A DNA stretch of 64,000 nt from the human T2T-CHM13v2.0 reference genome, Homo sapiens. This document shows positions 52,100-64,000 of this stretch, piece by piece (positions within the stretch are counted from its first letter, which is position 1; every line of letters begins with the position of its first letter). A program made the translations under genes and the position numbers. The stretch lies in the NCBI RefSeq assembly GCF_009914755.1, contig NC_060936.1; one strand, written 5' to 3'. The notes beneath the pieces were generated by a model. That model was not told where the DNA came from. It searched no databases and saw nothing but the letters and a program-made list of their open reading frames with translations.

Positions 52100-52320
52100 C
52101 AGAATGTAGAGGAAAAAATTCAGTGACCACGCTGAGTTCATTGTTCCTTAATAAGCCTCAATCTCCTCACTTATGAAATGGGGAGAATATTGCCTCACTC
52201 AAAGTCTTCTGTAACATTTAAATAAAATTAAGATAGTAAGACCCTAATTTGTCTCCATTCTCTGCAATGTCTTGCATTAATTGCAATGTCTCATTAATTG
52301 CATATAGTAGATAATTTATA
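52100..52320 (+). mobile_element. MIR fragment
   Basis: aagcctcaatctcctcacttatgaaatgggga. Confidence 0.6.
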
Positions 52321-52417
52321 GTGTAACTGGCACATATTTGAGGGGAAAAGAAGAACGATCAATCATTATTTCAGACAATAGACACGAAGACTGTTCTTGG
52401 TAAACCAGAACTTGGTC

Positions 52418-52456
52418 TTGTGTTTACCATGGCCTTTGTACTCATGGTAAACACAA
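52418..52456. repeat. Perfect 14-bp inverted repeat with an 11-nt loop
   Basis: ttgtgtttaccatg-gcctttgtact-catggtaaacacaa. Confidence 0.92.
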
Positions 52457-52879
52457 AAGTATGTTTACATTTGAGGAGCTTTTATTATATTGGAGGAAAA
52501 AAAAACAGATACACTTTTTGAAAAATTACTTTAAGAGCATTATATATATCAAATCCATTCTAAAGAATATAAACAAATGTGGACATTAATTTAGGCTTAT
52601 TAATTAGGGTGACTTCATGGGCTACATTACCTGAAAATCTAGAAAGGAAGAAAGAACTAACATTCAGTACTTGTGTGTCAGACATGGACACATGGCATTT
52701 AATTTGAGCCATACACTGTCATTTGGCCTGGGTAATATATTGATTTTACATATGAGAACATTGATATTTAAGAAAGTAGAATACCTTTTTCAAGGACAGA
52801 ATCACTATTCTGACTAAAAAAAAAAAAAAAAAAAGCCCTGTCCATTACACCTGTCCCTTACTGTTTTCCTTTCTCTTCC

Positions 52880-53300
52880 ACATTTATTCGTTTATTTATT
52901 TATTCAACTATGCATTAATCAAAGACTAATTACCAAATGCCTTAAATTTGCCTGGTATTGTTTCCAGGCTTTGGGGACAGGATTATCAGATACAATATCA
53001 GTGCTTTAGGAACTTTAAATTTTGTGGGAGAGATACCAGCTAAGGAGAGGTAGTTAAGTAGCAAAACAACTGCAATGTAGTTTGACAAATGCTAACCATT
53101 GACTTGATGTAATGTATACTGAGTTCATCTGGAAATCACTGATTTCCAGTGGGTGATTTCCAGTGGGTGACCATGGCAAAAGCAGGAGGTTAAAGGATTT
53201 CCAAAAAGAGAATCAATGTTTGAAACAAAATGAAATGGCATGGAAATGGTTGGGAAAATATGGCTGAAAGCATTTCAGGACATAAGAGGTAACTGTGCTA
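52880..53300 (-). mobile_element. L2 3' fragment
   Basis: catttattcgtttatttatttattcaac...tgcctggtattgtttccaggctttggggaca. Confidence 0.55.
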
Positions 53301-54612
53301 GGTGTGTATTTGTATTTACAAACAGTTTTTTCAAGTAAAATTAGTAAAGACACTTAATCTGGTCATCATCCTTTTCCTATAAAATCAAATAAAATTAGAA
53401 CATTCCTGTTTGGAAAAAAAAAAGATATGAAATGTTGAGTCACATTTTCACACTTTTGGTTAGTATATTTTAACATCTTTCTTTAGTTTGCCAAATAGCT
53501 TTCCAAGATTATTTTTGGTTGTGAAGAAACTTCATTCTTAGTTTGATTGCTTTCAATTTATCATAAAACTATTTCAATCGAAAATTATATATATATATAT
53601 TACAATATCACACCTCAAATAAAATTTAATGTGCTTATGTTATCAATCATTGGTTTTCAGGCAATGGCTACCACTTTACGTGAAGGGTAAATAACATACC
53701 CAATTTAATCGCTACAGACAGACCACTACCAAAAATTTCTTAAGATGTATCTTTTCCAAGAGAGGTAAATTATGAAGTTGAGCTTCAGGAAATTTAATAT
53801 TAGCTATCACAACCACCTCAATTTTTACAGAAAGGAATTGAAAATGAAACAGTAAAAGTATGACTAAACTATACTTAACTTAAAACGGAGTAAATTAAAA
53901 ATCCTGAAGCCAGACATTTGCTCTTAATAGAATTAAGAGAAGACCCCAAGAAATTATCTAATACACCCTTGTGCCCTTAGGAACAATTACTCCTATGCCA
54001 TCTGAAATGCATGTTATCAGCTTGGTGTTAATCAATGTTCCAAAAATACTTAGAGCCTATGCTTTTATATCAGGAAATTCAACTCACATATTTTTATAAT
54101 CCTGGAAAATAATTTTGTTTTAAGAAATAGTTGTGAGATATATTCTGTTTTAAGACCAGCAATTTGACATAGCCTTTCTTTCATTCATTTGTGGGTAAAG
54201 CTCAAAATTTTGCTAAAATGATAAGAATTTGGGGATTTAAATACACTGAAAAGGCTGCTTATTTTATGTTAATTTTTGATAAATGGTCAGGGGAAAATGG
54301 TCATACTGAAAGAACAATGGGGTGAAGAAGGAAGAGAAGAACATAGTGGTGAAAGAGAGAGACAGATGAAAGTAGGTAAATGGGAAAGATGAAGGTGAGA
54401 GAGAAAAGGGAGAGGAGAGAGGAGGCGAGGGGAGGAAACAGATATTACACTTTGCATGGTAGCGTTACAGGATAACAAAGCATTTTCCAAGCAAACATTC
54501 AGTTAAAATTCATGCCATATGGAATGAAATTTGCAGCCCAGATGGACAATACATCCTAGTAAATTTATATGGATAACATATGAACGCTAGTTAAGTATGT
54601 AATATCACTAGC

Positions 54613-54640
54613 CTGTCTGTCTATCCATCCATCCATCCAG

Positions 54641-54679
<39 letters not shown>
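54613..54679. repeat. Compound tetranucleotide STR (TCTG)(TCCA)n(CTAT)9
   Basis: Read directly; (CTAT)9 at 54641-54676. Confidence 0.95.
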
Positions 54680-54827
54680 ATCTGTCTATAATTTCTCTAT
54701 CTCTATTTAATCTATCTTCATATTTATCCACTTCTAACAGTATCCATACCCTTAGCTTTATATCATGAGTTCTACAATATGTAGCAAAAATGACCCTTTA
54801 CAGATAGCCAAAATCCTGAGTTTACTC

Positions 54828-57800
54828 TATGATTTATTTTCTCAACTTTTATTCAGATTCAGGGGGTACATGTGCAGATTTGTTACATAAGTGTATTGCA
54901 CCCAGGTAGTGAGCATAATAGCCAATAAGTAGTTTTTCAACCCACGCTACACTCCATCCCTTCCCACCATAGTAGTCTACAGTGTCAATTGCTCCTATGT
55001 TGACGTCCCTCTGTACTCAATGCTTAGCTTCCACTTGTAAGTGAGAAAATGCAGTATTTGGTTTTCTGTTTGTGTGCTAATTCACTTAAGATTATGGCCT
55101 CCAGCTCCATCTATGTTTCTGCAAAGGACAAGATTAATTATTTTTATATGGCTGCATAGTATTCTACAGTGTATATGGAGCACATTTTCGCTATCCAGTC
55201 CACCATTGATGGGCACCCAGGTTGATTCCATGTCTTTGCCATTGTGAATAGAATGACACTGAACATATGAGTCCATGTAACTTTTTGGTATAATGATTGA
55301 TTTTCCTTTGAGTATATACCCAGTAATGGGATGGCTAGGTTGAATTGTAGCTCTGTTTTAAGTTATTTGAAATATCTCCAAACTGCTTTTTACAGTGGCT
55401 GAACTCATTTACATTCCCACCAATAGTGTATAAGTGTTCTCTTTATCCACAGCATCACCAGCATCTATTGTTTCCTGGCTTTGTAGTAATAGCGATTTTG
55501 CCTGGTGTGAGATAGTATCTCATTGTGGTTTTCATTTGCAATTCTCTGATGCTTAGTGATGTTCAGTATTTTTTATGTTTGCTGGCCACTTGTATGTCTT
55601 CCTTTGAAAAGTATCTGTTCATTTCCTTTGCCCATTTTTAATGAGGTTATTTGTTTTTTGCTTGTTGATTTAAGTTCCTTAAAGATTCTGTATATTAGAC
55701 CTCTGTCAGACACATAGTTCACAAATATTTCCTCCCATTCTGTAGGTCATCTGTTTACTTTGTTGATAGTTTATTTCACTGTGCAGAAGCTCTTTAGTTT
55801 AATTAGGTACCATTTGTCCATTTTTGCTTTTGTTGTAGTTGCTTTTGGGGACTTGGCAAAAAAATATTTGCCAATGCCGATGTTGAGAATGGTATTTCTT
55901 CAGTTTTATTTTAGGATTTCTATAGTTTGATGTCTTACATTTAAACCTTTAATCCATCTCTAGTTAATTTTTATATAAGGTGGGAGGTAGGGGCCCAGTT
56001 TCAATCTTCTACATGTGGCTAGCCCGTTATCCCAGCACCATTAATTGAATAGGGAGTCACCTCCTCATGGCTTGCTATTGTCAGCCTCATCGAAGATCTG
56101 ATGGTTGTAGGTGGTATCTTTATTTCTGAGTTTTCTATTCTGTTCTATTGGTTTATGTGTCCCTGTACCAATACCATGCTGTTTTGGTTACTGGAGGCTT
56201 ATAGTTTGAAGTAGAGCAGTGTGATGCCTCCAACTTTGTCCTTTTGCTTAGGATTGCTTTGGCTATTTGGGCTCTTTTTTGGTTCCATATGAATTTTAGA
56301 ATAGTTTTCTCTAATTCTGTGAAGAATGACATTGTTAGTTTGATAGAAGTAGTTGAATCTGTAAATTGCTTCAGGTGTATGGACATTTTAATGATATTGG
56401 TCCTACAATCCATGAGAATGGAATGTTTTTTCCATTTATTTGTGTCATCTCTGATTTATTTCAGCAGTTTTGCAGTTCCTCTTGTACAGAACTTTCAACT
56501 CTGTGGTTAGCTGAATTCCTACATATTTCATTTTCTTTGTGGCTACTGTAAATGGAATTGTGTTCTGAATTGACTTTTAGCCTAAACATTATTGATGTAT
56601 AGAATTGCTACTGATTTTTTAACATTGATTTTGTATCCTGAAACTGTGTTAAAGTCACTTATCATTTCTAGTAGCCTTTTGGCAGAGTCTTTAGAGTTTT
56701 CTAAGTACAGAACCATATCATCAGTGAAGAGAGATATTTTGACTTTTTTTCATATTTGGATGCCTTTTATTTCTTTCTCTTATTTGAATGCTCTGGCTAA
56801 GACTTCTCGTATTATGTCAAATAGGCGTGGTGAGAATGGACATCTTTGTCTGGTTCCATTTCTCAAGGGGGACGGTTCTAGTTTTTGCTCATTCAGTATG
56901 ATGTTGGTTGTGTGTTTGTTAAAGATGGCTCTTCTTATTTTGAGGTATATTCCTTTGATGCCTAGTCTGTTGGGGGTTTTTATCATGAAGAGATGTTGAA
57001 TTTTATCACAAGTTTTTTCTGTGTCTATTGAGATGATCACATTGTTTTTGCTTTTAATTCTGCTTATGTGATGAATCACATTTACTGATTTACATATTTT
57101 GAACCAACCTTGCATCCCAGGAATCAAGCCCACTTGATTGTGGTGAATTAGTTTTTTGATGTGCTGTTGAATTCTGTTTTATAGTATTCTGTTGAGGATT
57201 TTTGCAACTATGATCATAAGGGATACTGGCCTGTAGTTTTATTTCTTTGTTGTGTCTCTGTCAGATTTTGGTATTAGGCTGATTCTGGCTTCATAGAATG
57301 AGTTAGGGAGGAGTCCCTCCACTTCAATTTTTTGGAATAGTTTCAGTAGGATTGGTACCAGTTCTTCTTTATAGATCTGGTAAAATTCAGCTGTGAATCC
57401 ATCTGGTCCAGGGCTTTTTTGATTGGTAGGTTTCTTATTACTGATTGAACTTCAGAACTTGTTATGGGTCTTTTCAGGGTTTCAATCTCTGCCTGATTCA
57501 ATCTTGGGAAATTGTATGTTTCCAAGCATTTATCTATTTCTTCTAGATTTTAAAATTTGTGTGCATAGAGTTGCTTGTAATACTCTCCGAGAATCCTTTG
57601 TGTTTCTGTGGGATCAGTTGTAATGTCATCTTTATCATTTCTGACTGTACTTATTTGGATCTTCTATTTTTTTTCTTTGCTAATATAGCTAGTAGTATGT
57701 CAACCTTGCTTATTTTTTCAAAAAACAAGTCTTGGTTTCATCAATTTTTAAAATATATTTTTGCATGTCAATTTTATTGTTCTCTAATTTTAGTTATTTC

Positions 57801-60800
57801 TTTATGTCTGCTAGTTTTGGGGTTGGTTTCTTCTTTTTATTTTTCCTAGGTCCTTTCAGTGCAAAGTTAGAGTGCTAATTTGAACTCTTTCTAACTTTTT
57901 AATGAAGGTATTTAGGGCTATAGACTTCCCTCTTAACATTGCTTCAGTTGTATCCTAGAGATTTGGATAAGTTTTATACCTATTTTCATTAATTTCAAAG
58001 AATTTTTTTTATTTTAATGTTCACCCAGGGATTATTCAGGAGTAAATTGTTTAATTTTCATGTATTTGTATACTATAGATTTTTTTTTGCTATCAATTTC
58101 TATTTTTATTGCACTGTGATCCAAGAATGTAGTTGGTATGATTTTAATTTTTTTAATTTATTGAGATTTCTGTTATGAGTAAGCATGTCATCAATCTTAA
58201 AATATGTTCTGTGTGCAGATGAGAATAATGTATATTCTGTGGTTGTTGGGTGGAGTGTTCTATAGATGTCTACTAGGACCAATTGGTCAAATGTTGAGTT
58301 TAAGTCCACAGTTTCTTTGTTGTTTTGCTGCTTTGACAATCTAAGGCTGTCAGTGGGGCGTTGAAGTCTCCCATCATTACTGTGTGATTGTCTAAGTCTT
58401 CTCATAGGCCAAGAAGAACTTGTTTTATTAAACTGGGTGCTCCAATGTTGGGTATGTATACATTTAGAATGGTTAAGTCTCCTTGTTCAACTGTACTCAT
58501 TAATATTATGCAATGCCCTTCATTGTCCTTCTTAATTTTTATTGGTGAAAAGTCTGTTTCATCTGATATAGAAATAGGGACGCTTTCTCTTTTTTGTTTT
58601 CCATTTGCATGGTAGATCTTTCCTTATTCTTTTACTTTGAACCTGTGGGTGTTGTTACATGTGAAATGGGTCCCTGGAAGAAAGCAGAAGGTTGAATCTT
58701 GTCTTTTACACAGTTTGCCACTCTGTGTCCTTTCAGTGGAACATTTACCCCATTTACATTCAAGGTTAATATTGATATGTGTGATTTTTGATCCTGTCAT
58801 TATGTTGCTAGCTGGTTGCTATGTAGATTTGATTTTACAGTTGCTTTATAGTACCTGAGGGCTATGCACTTAAATGTGTTTTTGTGGTAGCAGGTTTTGT
58901 TCTTTTGATTCTAAGTTTAGCACTCCTTTATGGATCCCTTGTAAAACTAGTCTAGTTGAAAACAAATCCCTCAATATTTGCTTGTCTGAGAAGGATTTTA
59001 TTTCTCCTTCAATTATGAAGCTTAGTTTGGTGGGATTTAAAATTCTTGGTTGATTTTTTAAGGACACTGATAACAGTCTCCCTATCTCTTCCGGCAAGTA
59101 GGATTTCTGCTAAGAGGTCTTTTGCTAGTCTGATAAAGTTACTTTTGTACCTGACTTGACCTTTATCTCTAGCTGCCTTTAAGATTTTTTTGTTAAAAAA
59201 ATCTACATGCCTTGGGGACGATCAACTTATCTAGCTGGGGTTATCTGTATCTCTTAGATTTTCATGTCAACCTCTCTAGTGAGATTAGGAGAATTTTCAT
59301 GGACTACATTTGCAAATATATTTTCCAAATTGTTTATTTTCTTTCTTTCTCTGTCAGGATGCCAATGAATCATAGATTTATTCTCTTTACATAATCCCAT
59401 ATTTCATAGAGGTTTTGTTCATTTTTCCCAATTCCTTTTTGACTTAGTTGCTTCAAAAACTGGTCTTTAAGCTCTGAGATTCTTTCCTCAGCTTGGTCTG
59501 TTCTGCTGTTAATACTTCAAATTATACTATGAAATTCTTGTAGTGAGTTTTCCAGCTTTAGAAGTTCAGTTTGGTTCTTTCTTAAAATGGCTATTTCATA
59601 TTTCAAATCTTGGATCATTTTACTAGATTCCCTGGATTTTTTGGATGGGTTTACTTTATCCTGAATCTTGATGAGATTCTTGCCGTCCAGATTCTGAATT
59701 CTATGTTTGTCATTTCAGTCATTTCAGACTGGCTAAGAACCATTGCTGAGGAGCTAGTGGACTTGTTAGAAGGGGATACTGTCTTTTTGAATTGTCAAGA
59801 GTTCCGGAACTGATTCTTTCTCATCAGAGAGTTTTGATGTTCCTTTAACTGTAGTATAAGTTGAGTATAGTCAGTTGCTTTGTTTCTGGATGCTTTCAGA
59901 GCACCAGGGCTTTGTGCAGGATTTTTGTTGTGGGTGAATTCTTGGGCTTGTTTTCACAGGTGTATATATTAATAGGATAATTGTTGATGCTGTAGTTTGG
60001 ACTGTGATCCTGTAGATGGCACTTAAGAGTAATGGCTGGCAGCTAGGCTGATACCTAGTCCCTGACTCTTCTACTTCCTAGCATTCGCGGGGAGGAATAA
60101 AGATGGCTCGCTCACCATGTCTGCTCTCGGGCCTTGTGGGGAGCCCTCTACAGTCACCAGCGCTGTGCCTCGGTTTCTTTTGGTAGGGGTTCCAGGCCAC
60201 GAGCCTCTCTTGGGCAAAGGTTGTGACAGGGAGATATGCCGCACCGTTTATGAACCAGCTCTTCAGAGGGAGGCATACTCCACTCCTACCTGGGGCCCGG
60301 GACCCAGCAACTGGCCCCTCTCAGTGTTCTGAGCTGGGGTTTCCTCTCCTGCAAGGGGGGTTCCTCCCCTGCCTGAGTGCTGGCCGCAGCACTGAGCTCT
60401 TCACTGCAGCCCTGGGGAACCAGGACATCCGTGGTTCATGGTTGGGTTCTAGCTGTGCCAGGGTGTCTGTTGTGTTCCTGTGCTGTCTGGAAAGTACTCA
60501 TATACAGCAACACATTCAGCAGGGCCGTGGAGGCTGTGGGGTGCACCCACTCCTGCAGGGCAGCTAGGCACAGGCCCTGCGGGGGTCAGGGGACAGCATG
60601 TGGAAGGGTTTGCAGAACAGATGTGCCCCGGTCACATCTGTTGCAAAGAAAGTTCAGCTCTCTTCTGGCTCAGAAGTCAGCTGGGGCCAATGCCTCTGGG
60701 GGAGCGGGGAGGCGGGCCCAAGTGATGGGCGTTTATGGCTGCTTTTCACTAGAGCTGCCAGCACACAAAAACTCCTGGGCTCCATGCCGTCTCAAGGCCT

Positions 60801-61156
60801 GTCTCTGCCTATTCCCTGGAGAGATCTCCTGACATCTCACATGTCCATAGGGGATGCAGGGTCCCCTGTCACTAAGTTCCCAGAGGTCCATGGGGAGACT
60901 GAACCAAATCTCATTTCCCTCACTCACCCCTCTCCCACGAGCCATTAGTGGCTGGGAACTGGCCCTAGTGATCAGGTACCCTAAGTAGGGCTGCCAGCTT
61001 CCTTTCTATTCAGCCTCAGTTTCAGAGTCACATCTCCATCCACTATCAGCTTTTTCTCTCCCAATATCTGCTCAAATTATGGTGGCTGACTTAATAATTT
61101 GGTCTCTCTTGGTGGGAGCAGTGCTTTCTGGCTGCATCTAGTCAGCCATCTTGTCC
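54828..61156 (-). mobile_element. Full-length old primate L1 (L1PA15/16-like) with decayed ORFs
   Basis: 3' UTR at about 54830-55300, RT remnants ([26 protein letters not shown], 56780-57133), EN remnant (58106-58405), ORF1 remnant (58870-59097), GC-richer 5' UTR ending cagccatcttg, and exact 14-bp TSD TCCTGAGTTTACTC at 54814-54827 and 61157-61170. Confidence 0.93.
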
Positions 61157-61246
61157 TCCTGAGTTTACTCATACATCCTACTTCTGGGCCTTCTACTTCC
61201 TGGGCTTTTACTTCCAGACAATCCACAGCTGGCTATGCATAGGATC

Positions 61247-61304
61247 GTAGTGCTCATTCTTTCACTCACTCACTTGTAGTGCTCATTCTTTCACTCACTC
61301 ACTT
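61247..61304. repeat. Perfect 29-bp tandem duplication
   Basis: gtagtgctcattctttcactcactcactt occurs twice (61247 and 61276), at the tail of an antisense L2 fragment. Confidence 0.92.
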
Positions 61305-63709
61305 GTTCAACAAATCATTATTGAGGAGCTATGATGTGCCAGATAACAGCTACAGTTAGAGCAGAAATGATTCTGCAGGTGAACTGGGAGACAAACTCTG
61401 CATTTTTTGGCACCCAAATGAGAAACTCCATTCAGCAAGTGTTGTCAATTTTAGCAGTTAGATATTGGATTAGAGGATCCCAAGAAAAAGAAAAAAAAAC
61501 TTCGAATACCTCAGTCTTTCTTCCAAGATCAAGAAATTTATTTTAGCTAACTCACCATTCATTGAGGATGTCACACAAATGAAGACATTTTTTAGACTCC
61601 ACTGGGGTAACAGGATATACAGGCAAGTGAACAAAAAGGCATGTCAAAATTGAAATTTAAAACTTCTGTTTATAATAAGACAAAATTAGTAAATCTGGTT
61701 AAACTCACATTTTGATGATGTTTTATTTTTACATAATTTCATAAAATATGTATATGAATGTACATAGATGTGTCATATATATGTGTGTATGTATATGTGT
61801 GAACATTATCTACATAAATACACGTGCACAAACATACACACACACAAATTTAAAATGGTGTTTTCTTTCCGTATTTTATTTCTTCTTATTTGTTAACTGT
61901 TTTTCTCTGTGCTTAAACCAAATTTTTCACAAATTTTTACATGTATTATCATGGTGATAGCCCATAATGACCTTTATGCTTAAATTATAATGTTAAATCA
62001 TATAAAATACAGGATTAAGAGTTTTGTTTTTGTTGGTCCTTTGACAGACATGTTAGTTGATTAGAAGAACTCTAATATTATAACAGAATCATTTTATTAT
62101 ATGCTGTTAGGTTTATTTCATGTTTTGAAATATATGTCATCAACTAGTTTTATAGAAATTACATTAAAGCTCTAGAGCGGAATGTTATTTCTTCACCTAT
62201 CACTCTGGATACCAGATGCCTACATAGTTCCAGAGTTTAAAATAATACCTGGAGGATTTTTAAAACCATGACTTTTATAAACACAAAAAGAGTTACCTGA
62301 GCAATTTGGGGCCCACTCTATGACATGAGAACCACATACAGATTATTAGATGTTGAACTTCAACTTGCACACGCCCTCCATGCTCATCTATGTATTATGT
62401 AGTGCACTTTTGTTGTTAAATTTCAACCACTTTTTGTTAGCAACTGTTAAAATTCTTAGACATTCCTGACTCAATAAAATATTTCTTCTCTGGATAAATT
62501 TAAATTATCCACTTTATTTACTGTTCAGCGTCCATGTAGGTTCTATGATACACTGTGCAGTAATCATTAAATCAAGATACAAAGAATTCTCAGTCTCTCA
62601 TACATAATTTGGATTTTTTAAATCTACAAGCATAATTCCTAGCCACAGTTTAAGAGATAATAAGTTTCCTTAGTGTGCAAAAGTTATGGAATCTATGGAA
62701 CTTCTAGTGTATCACTGCTAAGGACTAGAATAATGCATAGCATGGAGTTGGTATTCAATAACTATTTAGGAAATGTTAAAGACATCTTCCTCTGGCTGTT
62801 TTGCTTCTCTGTGAGTGTGAGTTGCATTTTAATATTAATTATCTCATTAGACTTGCTGAATAGTCTTGAGAATTAGAAAATACTTACTCTAAGATTATTA
62901 CAGTTAGTATGTGGTACATCTAACACTTAAACTTTGGGCTGAATGCACTACTTGGTACTTAACAGGCTAGATTTTGGTGACTGAATGAACAAGCAAAACC
63001 ATGACCAAATCAAGATATTCTAACCACCAAACTATATTATTTCTATGAATTCGTACTGTCTAGTAGGTTAGATTGTTTTAAAAAAAGATTTTTATGGATT
63101 GTTTTTAAATATAGGGACATGCCCCTTTGCATTCCTACATACATCCACTTGCCTAAATGCACACACAGTATGCTAATCCCCCTGCACATATTCACAGAGT
63201 ATTGGGGGAAATATGACATTAATGAAAAGAAATATGTGGTCTAAAAAACAGAAAGCAGATGTTTTCGTGCTCTTCAATGTATGCTTTAGCATACATTTTA
63301 TTTATAACATCTCAGAAGAAACAGATGTAAATGATAAGATGAGAAGAAAAGAAGAATCAGGATAATAACCAATTACATGCAAGGACTTTAGGATAATATT
63401 TACATGGGTAGCATGGAATCATAGAACAAAATTTTAAAACCCAGTAATTTATATGAATGGACATTACATTCAAAATCCCATGTTTAAGATGAGAAAGATT
63501 ATTGGTTTTACAGGAACAAGACAATATTAGGCAAAACTGTGGAGTAGACTAACACAATGTTTAGGCCACCTTATTTCTTACTCATCAAGATCTCTACTGC
63601 CACTCTTACCTTGCTAGCAAATACAGTATTTTCTCCTAAATTTTACTTTTTCCAAGAATTTTATTTAAAGACAAAGCCAATCACTCTCTTGTTTTATTTC
63701 TACTAAGAG

Positions 63710-63960
63710 CAATAACAATGACCCCATAGTTACCATTTATTGAATACTGTATGCCAAATATGAGGTTGCCCTTTATAAAATATTCTAGTAAATCTTCTAG
63801 AATAGTAATAATAATGATAATAATGATAAACCTTCTATTTATTCCTCAATTATGCATAAGGAGTCTTAGATAAATTACGCAACTTGTCTAATATCACGTA
63901 ACTAATAAGTTGGAAAGTCACATCCTTTGAAATTAGATCTACCTGATTACAAAGCCACAG
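63710..63960 (-). mobile_element. MIR
   Basis: atagttaccatttattgaatactgtatgcca...aacttgtctaatatcacgtaactaataagt. Confidence 0.65.
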
Positions 63961-64000
63961 TATAAATTAAAATTACATCTTGGTACTGCTTTGTGTGACA

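Noticed and set aside
55041-59813. L1 ORF1/ORF2 as an active retrotransposon
   Set aside because: Only short frameshifted fragments remain, and the + strand ORFs are antisense noise.
60117-60948. Cluster of overlapping ORFs in a GC-richer region suggesting a gene or CpG island
   Set aside because: This is the L1 5' UTR. Higher GC lowers stop-codon frequency.

Overview
AT-rich, repeat-dense primate genomic DNA, almost certainly human: it carries a near-consensus AluYa5, a human-specific subfamily. Nothing is prokaryotic and there are no RNA genes or CRISPR arrays. The one host-gene feature I can support is a short first coding exon on the minus strand (46943-47023, MIFSDMNTVSGSPKVHPPNGTRFYTFQ, then a phase-0 GTAAGT donor). 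From memory this is the alternative N-terminus of PPFIA2 (liprin-alpha2), which would place the window inside a very large PPFIA2 intron; that assignment needs a BLAST check. The rest is interspersed repeats: five Alus, a full-length old L1PA with target-site duplications (TSDs), a complete THE1A element inserted into an AluJ, a doubly truncated HERV-L/MLT2A, MLT1, THE1D and MER21 LTRs, Tigger3b, MER2, MER1B and MER5 DNA elements, and many L2 and MIR fragments. Repeat family names come from recalled consensus sequences, not from a search. I found no convincing new multi-gene system. The best leads are an in-frame hydrophobic uORF just before the alternative exon's ATG, an 82-nt near-perfect hairpin inside an MLT1 LTR, a HERV-L that lacks its 5' LTR yet has an exact 5-bp TSD, an intact DUX4 motif in the THE1A 5' LTR, and several local templated duplications and inversions.
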